From: Guillardia theta CCMP2712
Taxonomy: Eukaryota > Protista > Cryptophyta
DNA: 64,000 nucleotides
NCBI RefSeq assembly: GCF_000315625.1
Contig: NW_005434520.1
Location: forward strand, 63,489-127,488
Reading direction: 5' to 3'
Part shown: positions 50,401-58,685 of the stretch, in pieces
Numbering within the stretch: the stretch's first letter is position 1
Layout of the letters: the number at the start of each line of letters is the position of its first letter
Notes under the pieces: model-generated
What the model saw: only the letters and a program-made list of their open reading frames with translations
Databases searched by the model: none
Told to the model about the DNA's origin: nothing
Translations under genes and position numbers: made by a program

Positions 50401-51195
50401 CGTCGCCTTGAAGGACCGGTCAAGAACAACGTCACTGGGAATGTCGTCACGAATGACATCCGAATAATCTTCCATGATCGTCTCGGCAGCCTTCTGCTCG
50501 AGACTCGTGGCACCATCTGTCGGCTGAGCCATCTCCAACAGGTTGCACAAATGTACCACGTACCATTCCGAATCGTTCTGCTTGAGGTCTCTCACTGCCT
50601 CAGTGTAAGAAAGTACCTGACACAGCGAGACGTCCGCAGCCCCGAATTGCTTGTTCGTCGGGCAAATAAGTAACGGAAGCTCGACCATCTTGCTGCGCCA
50701 CTTGGCAAAGACTCTGGGATGACCCGCATCAATCACGATCTTGTTCGTACGCATCCATTCCCATGAGAGGATCATGTCCGCATGCGGCAAGTCAAGCATG
50801 TAGAACGACCCACTACTCTTGAAACTGGAGCCTACGCCCAATTTTGTCTGGAAAACCATATCAGACAATCTACTCGTCCCGTCGGCCATAATAACTCGTT
50901 TACGAACTTCTGCATCCGTGACCGACAGACCAAATTTGCGCACTGCCTTCGTGCTGATAAACGACTCTTCAGCAGCTGTATCGAGCAATGCATTAAGAAC
51001 TATGGATTGATTCCCGAACCGAAAGGTCACAGGTACCATAGGTAGAGCTTTGATCCTGTGAGAGTCAACGGTGATACGACATTGACGAACATCCCTAGGA
51101 TCTTCTGGCGGAGGTGTGCCCGGGTCGAAGACAACATTCGAAGTCTGCAAACCCGTGCCCCCGTCGATTGCGCCCTCCGCGGCAACCGACGTCAC
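47427..51195 (-). CDS. pol: Gypsy pol (protease, RT, RNase H, integrase, chromodomain), broken by two frameshifts
   Basis: LLDTAAE, LDLAKSFWQ, YIDD, VDASDYAIGAVL, TDHKSL, integrase VSVD..SDNG..E, GPF motif, chromodomain 'FEVDRIL..YLVRWKGY..DDSW'. Frame breaks near 48605 and 47800. Confidence 0.93.
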
Positions 51196-51204
51196 TGGTT
51201 TAAA
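51162..51204 (-). promoter_or_regulatory. Programmed -1 ribosomal frameshift signal (U_UUA_AAC plus hairpin) at the gag/pol junction
   Basis: The heptamer is in the correct phase of gag (gcT TTA AAC cag TGA). After a 6-nt spacer comes a 10-bp stem cgtcggttgc/gcaatcgacg. The -1 frame is the pol frame. Confidence 0.85.
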
Positions 51205-52549
51205 GCTGACGGTTGTTCAGACCTCGACAAGAGAGGGCACTTGTCTCTAAAGTGACCGAACTTCTGACAGTTGTAGCACTTCACCTTCTTCTTGTCGAAC
51301 TTCTTCTCCTTGCCCTGCATGTCCTCGCTCTGAGTGGGAGCCGACCGCTTGCCCTCATGACGAGGTTGTGCTTGGGTGAAATGAAGACTCGTCTGACCGT
51401 CTTGTGGGTGTCTCTGACGCAGATTAAGAGCTTCGCGATACAACTGCGGCAAATACTTGCCCATCTCCGACGGCTCCGCATGATAAGTAATCCCAAACGT
51501 CTTACCATCGCGTTCCATCAGCATGCTCAATTCCTTCCGTAGCATGGCACGCGCATAGTCCATTTGAATCCCATCGACAAAGGCGCGTTCCCAGCTACCT
51601 AGCGCAACACTAGGTCTCTTGGACACAAGGTAGCACGCCTGCAGGTGTGTAACCATCGCCTGGAATCTTGCGGTGTACACCTCGACGGACTCCTTGGGCC
51701 CTTGCCTAGCCTGCTTCTGCACATGACGCTCAAGTTTCTCAATAAACTCGAACGGTAACCATTTCAACAACAGTTTCTCCACAAACTGTTCCCAATCACC
51801 ATGCTCAGCTGAGAACTGATCTTGCTCAGCCATCGGGAGTGTAGCCCACCATAGCTGCACCTCCGGCCCGAACGCAGAGATGGCCGCTCCTACCCATCGA
51901 TGGCGTGCTATACGGTGAAATTTACACCTGCCTTCGATATATCCGAGCCATGAGACCACCGACCTCTCCATGGTCTGCTCACCATTGTACTGCAACAATG
52001 CCAGACTTCGGATCCAGCTTGCAAATCTGACCACCGTCATTCTCCGCATGCTTAAGCTTGTGAGGCTTGTCCTCGGATTCCCGAACCCGCTCACAAAGCA
52101 GTACACGCATCTCCGCTGCCTCCTTGGCAAGCCTACGGTTCTCTCGCTGGGATTCCTCAAGTGCCCTCACAAGATCCTGGAGTTTGCGATCAGCTTCTCT
52201 CTGGGATTCTGCGAGTGCATTTACGAGATTGTGCATCTTATCCATGTTGTTCTGTTCCACAGACCTGAGCTCTCTACATGTCCGGCGTAGGTGCTCATTT
52301 TCTTCCACGATGTCACGAAAACTGGCTTTCAAGGGAAGGGCGGGACCATCTCTTTCGTTTTCATCCCTACTCTCCAACCATGAAGGCACTGTACGACCAC
52401 TGTCAACACTATCGTCACGTACAACAGCCTCCTGCTGGATGACAGTTTCCGACGGATCGTACGCATGTGACTGCGGCGACATGCCTGTCACCGTAGGAAA
52501 GCGCGGCTCTGCTGACCCATTCAATGTCTCCTTCACAAAGCTGCCCAAC
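51192..52549 (-). CDS. gag: Gypsy gag (C-terminal part; N-terminus at 57881-57948, separated by a nested transposon; frame break near 52005)
   Basis: Capsid-like 'RQGPKESVEVYTARF' and knuckle 'CYNCQKFGHFRDKC'. Removing 52550-57880 plus one TSD restores MDRTSIQ...SMSRLGSFVKET in frame. Confidence 0.9.
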
Positions 52550-52778
52550 CATTCTGGGGTCAAACCGTGGTAGTCGAACTTAACGCAAAAGAGGAATGGG
52601 TAATTCGAGTTATAGGAGACCGGTGGATGGGTACCCCTTGTTTTGATGGTGGTAGTTTTTACTAATATCAGAGGTAGGGGTAATGGCGGATTTCATTGTG
52701 ACCGGCCCAAATTCTGTTTAAAACTACAATTTTTATCAGTCTTGTTTTTCCATCGTGTTTTGTACCAATCTTGTAGGA

Positions 52779-53712
52779 GGTTTGAATTTTTGTACCAGGA
52801 GCACTAGATAGACCGGGTCCATGCACAGTTGTTTTCTGGAACCAGGCTCCTGGGTCCAGATCGTACCCTACCTGGTCAGGCTTTTCTGGTTTGAATTTTT
52901 GTACCAGTGGGTCTACATACACCGGGTCATTTGCGCCAATATATTCGATTGAGGGTAGGGTACTGAAAGGTACCTTGTACCCCTCCTGATAGGTCAGAGG
53001 GGGTAGTGGATGGTTTGAATTTTTGTACCAGGAGCACTAGATAGACCGGGTCCTTCTAGAGTATTATGACCCCACGGGTGCTAGGCTCAATCCGAGGTAC
53101 CCTACCCCTATGCACGCTCAGATCGTACCCTACCTGGTCAGGCTTTTCTGGTTTGAATTTTTGTACCAGTGGGTCTACATACACCGGGTCATTTGGGCCA
53201 ATATATTCGATTGAGGGTAGGGTACTGAAAGGTACCTTGTACCCCTCCTGATGGGTCAGAGGGGGTAGTGGATGGTTTGAATTTTTGTACCAGGAGCACT
53301 AGATAGACCGGGTCCTTCTAGAGTATTATGACCCCACGGGTGCTAGGCTCAATCCGAGGTACCCTACCCCTATGCACGCTCAGATCGTACCCTACCTGGT
53401 CAGGCTTTTCTGGTTTGAATTTTTGTACCAGTGGGTCTACATACACCGGGTCATTTGCGCCAATATATTCGATTGAGGGTAGGGTACTGAAAGGTACCTT
53501 GTACCCCTCCTGATAGGTCAGAGGGGGTAGTGGATGGTTTGAATTTTTGTACCAGGAGCACTAGATAGACCGGGTCCTTCTAGAGTATTATGACCCCACG
53601 GGTGCTAGGCTCAATCCGAGGTACCCTACCCCTATGCACGCTCAGATCGTACCCTACCTGGTCAGGCTTTTCTGGTTTGAATTTTTGTACCAGTGGGTCT
53701 ACATGCACCAGG
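52779..53712. repeat. 262-bp subterminal tandem repeat (~3.5 units)
   Basis: Identical ORF starts at 53066, 53328 and 53590 (period 262). Each unit has two ttgaatttttgtacca motifs. Confidence 0.95.
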
Positions 53713-53892
53713 TACTTCGTCCACAAATTGAAGGGTAGGGTACATTCAACAATACCCACCCATGGAAGGTCCTGGCTGGTACCCCTTCAAATCCCCCCCG
53801 TTCCAATCTATAAAAGCTGGGATGAAAGTTGTGTTTCTCGCCGGGGTGCCACATTCACGCCTTGTTCCACACTCTCACGAAATCTTGAAGCA

Positions 53893-56352
53893 ATGTTTCA
53901 ATTGGACTGTGGTCTTTTCAAGAGAAATTCTACATCTTTGCATCAAGGACCACCAACGAAGAAGAGAAGAACAAAACAGAAAATTGAAATCAGTGATCCA
54001 TCTTTGCAAATCTTGGAAGAATTTGCCAAAGAGGCAGACTTTGTCTACTCCAAGCGCAGTAAATGGCAAGGTGATGGCGATCTGCATTCGTTCTTGAATG
54101 GTTTTGGTTCAAGTGCCTCTGCCAAGTTTCCTGCACACATTCCTGCGCGTACATTCAGTGAACTGTGGGAAGAATTCAAGACAGAGCATGAATTTCCACC
54201 GGAATTCCAACCATCCTCTTTCACAGATTTTGAAGAAGAGAATATCCAGCAACTGTTCTTGGAGAAGGCTAAAGGGCAAACAATACCTTTCCTGGACATG
54301 GCTCTGCGGAATTGGTTGAAAGGGATCGGGAAACCCGGACGCTCACACGAGGAACAATGGAAGAATTTTGCATACGTGTTCGATTCGCTTTCCAATAAGA
54401 AAAACAAGAACAACAAATTTACTTTGGAGAAATTTTTGTCGGGGTTTGTTTCTAACAGGAATTGTAAGCGTCAGCTTGCAAAAGAGCTTCGCAAAAACCT
54501 AAAACTTCAAAAGAAGCTAAAGTACATTGCCCGAAGCTATATGCCGGATGTCAACGAGTCATGCGCGTTACTGCTGAAGGCGAATATGACCAAGGGCGCG
54601 TACAATATATTCTGGGGTGATGATGGCCGAATGCATCGTCTCGCGGTTCCATTCAAGAAAATAGGAAAATGCCGTGTGATGAAGAAGCTTTTCTTGAAGC
54701 AAGCTTTGAAAGTTTTTCGAACCGAACAAGGATGTCACGGAACAGACCTTTCCGATTCTGTGAAATTGAAGATAGTGCAGAAGCATTTGCAACACAAAAA
54801 GAAGTTGCTGTTGATTTTCAACACAGACGCAACGGTTTTGGGGAAGTCACTTGGATCGGACACAAAACACACTGAAGTATCTATCACAGTCCTCGCACCT
54901 CGATCCGAATGCGATGACAGCGAAGAATGGAATGAAATCGAAGCTTGTGTCAGGCGGGCCCTCGATGCTGGGACCTTGATGATATTACCTGTGGGTGACA
55001 ACGCCAAGAATATGGACTTCAATTTTTGGAAACCGTACGAGAACCCTATCATTTCGATTCTGAAGAATGGCATCACGATCGGAGACAACAATATCGAGAT
55101 TCAAGTATTTTTCAGAGCAGACTTAGCAGGACACTATGGATTGCTCGATCATGGTGGAGTTCACGATCGCAGCGGGAAGTTTTGTCTTCACTGTGAAGAG
55201 ACAGCGCAAGCCAAGAAGGCAGGCAAATTCATTTTCCTTTCCGAGATCCAGCAGCAGGATTCTATCTCTTTGCGCGAATTCTGCAAACGTCATCGCCTTT
55301 TCCCCTCCGACATTGAAATGTTGCATGACATTGTACGCAGTGCTTGCGGTAATGGAGATCTTGCTCTGGCAGAAATGATTGAAGGCAGTGATTCGGGAGG
55401 GGGCGCACATGTTGAACAGCTTTTGAGCAAATGTCTGGAAGCGGGCAATCAGCAGGAGTTGAGTACATGCTTAGACAATCCAGACAAGCCTCTTCCTATT
55501 GGACTTGTTGTACCTTGTCTTCGTTTATGTAAGATTTCAAGAAAGTCTAGTCATCTTCAACAAGCTGACTTCCCGAGTTTGCATTTCCTCTACTGCGCAC
55601 TTCATTTGAGGTTAAGATTTGTCAACTTGTTGGTGAACTATATTTATGAAGTCGCTGCCAATCAAGGCAAAGTGGCAGCGGTTAACAGAATCTTGCAGTC
55701 GTTTCAAGTCAACATGGAACTGAAAAATGACAAAGATCAACAAAGACAGTTGAGCGGAAAGATGTGTAAACGGTTTATGAACGCTTTACCGCAAATCATA
55801 GATTTGCTGATTTCGAATGAGGTCACTCGTCAAGAGTGGAGAACTGCCCTTGATGAATGGGATCATGTCATCACGGTGCTCTCGTGTCAGTACTACGACA
55901 AAATTACTCGGGCAGATGCAGAAGAGTTGCCGTCTAGAATCCGGAGCTTTTGTGTAAAAATTGTCAAATTGATCGGAGATGTGAAGAGGCTGCAGTCGTT
56001 TTATTTTCATAGCCTCCTAATTGGGCACATCGGCGAACAATTCGAGTATCTATACAAGGAGTTTGGAGTCCCCCTGGGACTTTTGAGCCTTTCTGCAATC
56101 GAAAAGCGACACGAAACAATGGGAAGACGATGCTACAAGAAAGCTATAGCAGAGATCAATTTGTACATGAGTGGAAAGAGTACTTCCGATTTGCATCCCG
56201 ATGGACAACCCGATTCTAAGGCCTCACGATCGTTTTACACTCTAATGAATCTGCTCTTACAATCATACAACGATGAGACTGCTGAAGCTCTATTTCAGCA
56301 CACAGTTCAGAACGTTGATTTAGCAGCGTTAAGAAGAAGTTTGGATGAATAA
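53893..56352 (+). CDS. RAG1/Transib-like DDE transposase (~820 aa, uninterrupted)
   Basis: Motif order as in the RAG1 core/Transib: 'CALLLKANMTKGAY', 'LIFNTDAT' (D), 'FRADLAG' (D), 'FCLHC', 'CALHLRLR', 'LSGKMCKRFM', 'YFHSLLIGH', 'PLGLLSLSAIEKRHE' (E). Confidence 0.82.
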   Translation: MFQLDCGLFKRNSTSLHQGPPTKKRRTKQKIEISDPSLQILEEFAKEADFVYSKRSKWQGDGDLHSFLNGFGSSASAKFPAHIPARTFSELWEEFKTEHEFPPEFQPSSFTDFEEENIQQLFLEKAKGQTIPFLDMALRNWLKGIGKPGRSHEEQWKNFAYVFDSLSNKKNKNNKFTLEKFLSGFVSNRNCKRQLAKELRKNLKLQKKLKYIARSYMPDVNESCALLLKANMTKGAYNIFWGDDGRMHRLAVPFKKIGKCRVMKKLFLKQALKVFRTEQGCHGTDLSDSVKLKIVQKHLQHKKKLLLIFNTDATVLGKSLGSDTKHTEVSITVLAPRSECDDSEEWNEIEACVRRALDAGTLMILPVGDNAKNMDFNFWKPYENPIISILKNGITIGDNNIEIQVFFRADLAGHYGLLDHGGVHDRSGKFCLHCEETAQAKKAGKFIFLSEIQQQDSISLREFCKRHRLFPSDIEMLHDIVRSACGNGDLALAEMIEGSDSGGGAHVEQLLSKCLEAGNQQELSTCLDNPDKPLPIGLVVPCLRLCKISRKSSHLQQADFPSLHFLYCALHLRLRFVNLLVNYIYEVAANQGKVAAVNRILQSFQVNMELKNDKDQQRQLSGKMCKRFMNALPQIIDLLISNEVTRQEWRTALDEWDHVITVLSCQYYDKITRADAEELPSRIRSFCVKIVKLIGDVKRLQSFYFHSLLIGHIGEQFEYLYKEFGVPLGLLSLSAIEKRHETMGRRCYKKAIAEINLYMSGKSTSDLHPDGQPDSKASRSFYTLMNLLLQSYNDETAEALFQHTVQNVDLAALRRSLDE

Positions 56353-56455
56353 ATTTTTTACTTCTCTGTCTGAATACTTTTACCATCACAACAGTTCACA
56401 ACGCAGAGTTAAGAAATTTGGAAGAATAAAACTTTGGCCTTGTCTGCCTTGTTGC

Positions 56456-57601
56456 TTAGTAGTGTTCCGAGGGAGGGAAATTCCACATTAGCGCCTTGGT
56501 GAAGGATAACCTTACAATTTTTGTGAACTTGAAGGTGATCGCTGTTGCACATGCCGAACGCGGATTTTGAATTGGCATGAAAATTTGGATAGGGCCTTCG
56601 AGGTAGATGGATCCTCGAGCAGGCCCCAGGCTAAAAGGACAATCTTTCAAGGGAACATTCAAGGCTTCTTTGAACAATGGAGTATGTAACAGATTTGCAT
56701 CCAGAGTCCAGGCACATCGACGAGAATGGCGGTTTGAAATTCCTGAGCACAGCACCTTGCTTGTTTCTACAGGCATCTGTCTCAACAAATACAGTATCGC
56801 AGTAAAATCTTGAATTGGTACGGTGAAAGCAAGGCGATTTGCTTTTCTCGGATTCCATTTAGTGCATCCTCGCTTCACCAACCATATCTTCAATTCTTCT
56901 CGTATGACATTAAAAACATTGGAGATCTTGAAGAAGTTAAGCTCATCCTGAAAGTTCGCCAAATAACAATTGAGCATTGATTGTGTCAACCGAAATCCTT
57001 TGAAGTATTCTATGTGACAACGTTCTTTTTGCTGTACATTCTCGAAAAAGATCCATCCAACGACGCTTACAAGTGAGACAGGAGATGGAGGACCGGGGGC
57101 AACAAAAACACAAGGGAATGTAACATGGAAAATTCTCACGATATCTGATATTGGAAACTCATCTGTATATATGCTCTGGAAACACTCATGTGATTGAATT
57201 CCAGCTAGCAAACTTGTGTACCTCCTGTCATTCATGATAGACAACTTTTGGAAAACTTCCTCAATGATCGACCTATTATACAAAATGTAAACTTCTACTG
57301 ACTGCTCTGTGACATGTTTTATGACTCCGTGCCGCTCCTTACGATCGACGTCCAAGAACACAACGCCAAGAAAGGGTTTCAACGTAAGATCAACATTCCA
57401 CATGGGCACATGGTACTTTGGAGGGTTTGGCAACGGAGGAGAAGCTTGCATGTCAGTTTGGTAGGTAAAACAAAGAGGGACTTGGACATTGTTAGGAATG
57501 TTTCCGGGCTTTTCTTGCAGCTGGACCCGTTTGTCCCTCTGTTCGTAATGTCTCCTACTGTCATCTGCAAGTTGAGCTGCCTTCCTTCGAACTCTTGCCA
57601 T
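56456..57601 (-). CDS. Transposon accessory protein (381 aa), convergent with the transposase; possible BAH-like domain
   Basis: Intact ORF inside the TIRs. 'HGVIKHVTEQSVEVYILY...HECFQSIYTDEFPISDIVRIFHV' resembles the BAH pattern (ELF.S...D..P...I...C.V). The domain call is tentative. Confidence 0.65.
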   Translation of the reverse strand: MARVRRKAAQLADDSRRHYEQRDKRVQLQEKPGNIPNNVQVPLCFTYQTDMQASPPLPNPPKYHVPMWNVDLTLKPFLGVVFLDVDRKERHGVIKHVTEQSVEVYILYNRSIIEEVFQKLSIMNDRRYTSLLAGIQSHECFQSIYTDEFPISDIVRIFHVTFPCVFVAPGPPSPVSLVSVVGWIFFENVQQKERCHIEYFKGFRLTQSMLNCYLANFQDELNFFKISNVFNVIREELKIWLVKRGCTKWNPRKANRLAFTVPIQDFTAILYLLRQMPVETSKVLCSGISNRHSRRCAWTLDANLLHTPLFKEALNVPLKDCPFSLGPARGSIYLEGPIQIFMPIQNPRSACATAITFKFTKIVRLSFTKALMWNFPPSEHY

Positions 57602-57997
57602 TCCTTTTCAGGCTGGTTGGACAGGGAGGGCACCGCCAACATTTTAAGATTCAGAATTTTAAGAGTTATCAATTCTAAAGCTATAATTGCAATAGATTTG
57701 TACCAATTCCATGTTAAGCTTTGACAGTAAAATACATGTAAAAAAAGGTTTCAACCAAGTGTGAAAATCTTCAATAGAAAATTTCAAGAAACCTTCAAAC
57801 AGAAATGACTACCCCCTGTTTCCCATGCCCCACCCCCCTTGAGAATTCCATTGAAACTACCGCGGTTTGACCCCAGAATGAACCGCGACATGCTTCGACT
57901 CATGAAGTCCGAGACAACGCTACCTGACTGAATGCTCGTCCTATCCATGTTTTCTTGAACAACTTCTTTCAACACAACAACTCCGAGAGGAAAACCA

Positions 57998-58012
57998 GGC
58001 CTTCGCGTACCA
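57998..58012 (-). promoter_or_regulatory. Putative primer-binding site
   Basis: Minus strand TGGTACGCGAAGGCC begins 3 nt after the 5' LTR. TGG is complementary to a tRNA CCA end. The tRNA identity was not determined. Confidence 0.6.
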
Positions 58013-58015
58013 AAA

Positions 58016-58243
58016 TGTTAGGAAAACTTCCTAAAAGTATCTCTCGATCCAGTGTTGACACACGAAGTGATCCCGTCAAGAAACCAAAGAACAAGCGCGC
58101 GACAGCAATGCACAATTCAACGGCAATTTACTCCAAATCAACGTTAGAGATAAAGAAAAGTAAGTAATCTAATTTCCTAAGAAACGAGACTGCCTAGGAC
58201 ACCTACTTAAGAAAGACAGGAAGTCAGTAAACATATCCTATCA
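58016..58243 (-). repeat. 5' LTR
   Basis: Identical by eye to 47131-47358. Confidence 0.97.
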
Positions 58244-58248
58244 GGGAC

Positions 58249-58685
58249 ATGTTCAGCTTGCGTGTAGGCAATTCCAAGATATGATCCAAAAAGCACACAA
58301 CGAAGTCATGAAGAAGATCAAGGTAAGACTGCAGCAGAGCTGGAGGAAACAAAGGTTACAGGTCAATTCATGGTGGGACACTCCAATACGCATCGTGATG
58401 GAAGCGATGGGGACTTCAATGCACCGAGAAGGGCAATGGATACCAGACGGTTGCTGCTACTTTGCAAGCATCAAACGCATTGTCCTCATCGAATTTGCAA
58501 GGACATCGGAATATGACGGAGTCGAACAAACAAGTCTGGAATGCCTGAAGAAGAAATTTCAGGAAAAGGAAGAGAAATATGCCCCCCTACGAGCAGAAAT
58601 CACAGCTTTGCTACCTGACCATGAAGTGGAACAAGCAACATTCATAGCAGGAGTGAAAGGATCGATCATGGAGAGGGAATGGCAT
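58249..58685 (+). mobile_element. Non-LTR element restriction-like endonuclease (RLE) domain
   Basis: 'AHNEV...WIPDG...IVLIEFART...KEEKYAPL...FIAGVKGS' matches the RH..PD..(D/E)..K..KY layout of R2/NeSL/CRE-type elements. Confidence 0.85.

Larger units (their letters stand above)
52550..57880 (+). mobile_element. RAG1/Transib/Chapaev-related two-gene DNA transposon with 25-bp TIRs and 3-bp TSD
   Basis: TIR CATTCTGGGGTCAAACCG(T/C)GGTAGT at 52550-52574 and 57856-57880. TSD aac at 52547-52549 and 57881-57883. Excision restores the gag frame. Confidence 0.93.
47131..58243 (-). mobile_element. Ty3/Gypsy chromovirus LTR retrotransposon, full length
   Basis: Two 228-bp TG..CA LTRs, identical by eye. 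5-bp TSD gggac at 47126-47130 and 58244-58248. Order gag-PR-RT-RH-IN-chromodomain. Confidence 0.97.

Noticed and set aside
52550-52595. Canonical 12/23 RSS in the TIRs
   Set aside because: CATTCTG matches CACAGTG at only 4 of 7 positions, and no convincing nonamer occurs at both ends.
53590-53892. First ~100 aa of the 920-aa ORF
   Set aside because: It begins inside the 262-bp repeat. The real start is more likely the Met at 53893 or later.
53590-57601. Extra ORFs as env-like or cargo genes of the LTR retrotransposon
   Set aside because: They lie within their own TIRs and TSD and interrupt gag, so they belong to a nested DNA transposon.
56456-57601. RAG2 orthologue
   Set aside because: No Kelch GG repeats or PHD Cys/His pattern are visible. 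Only the gene arrangement is RAG-like.
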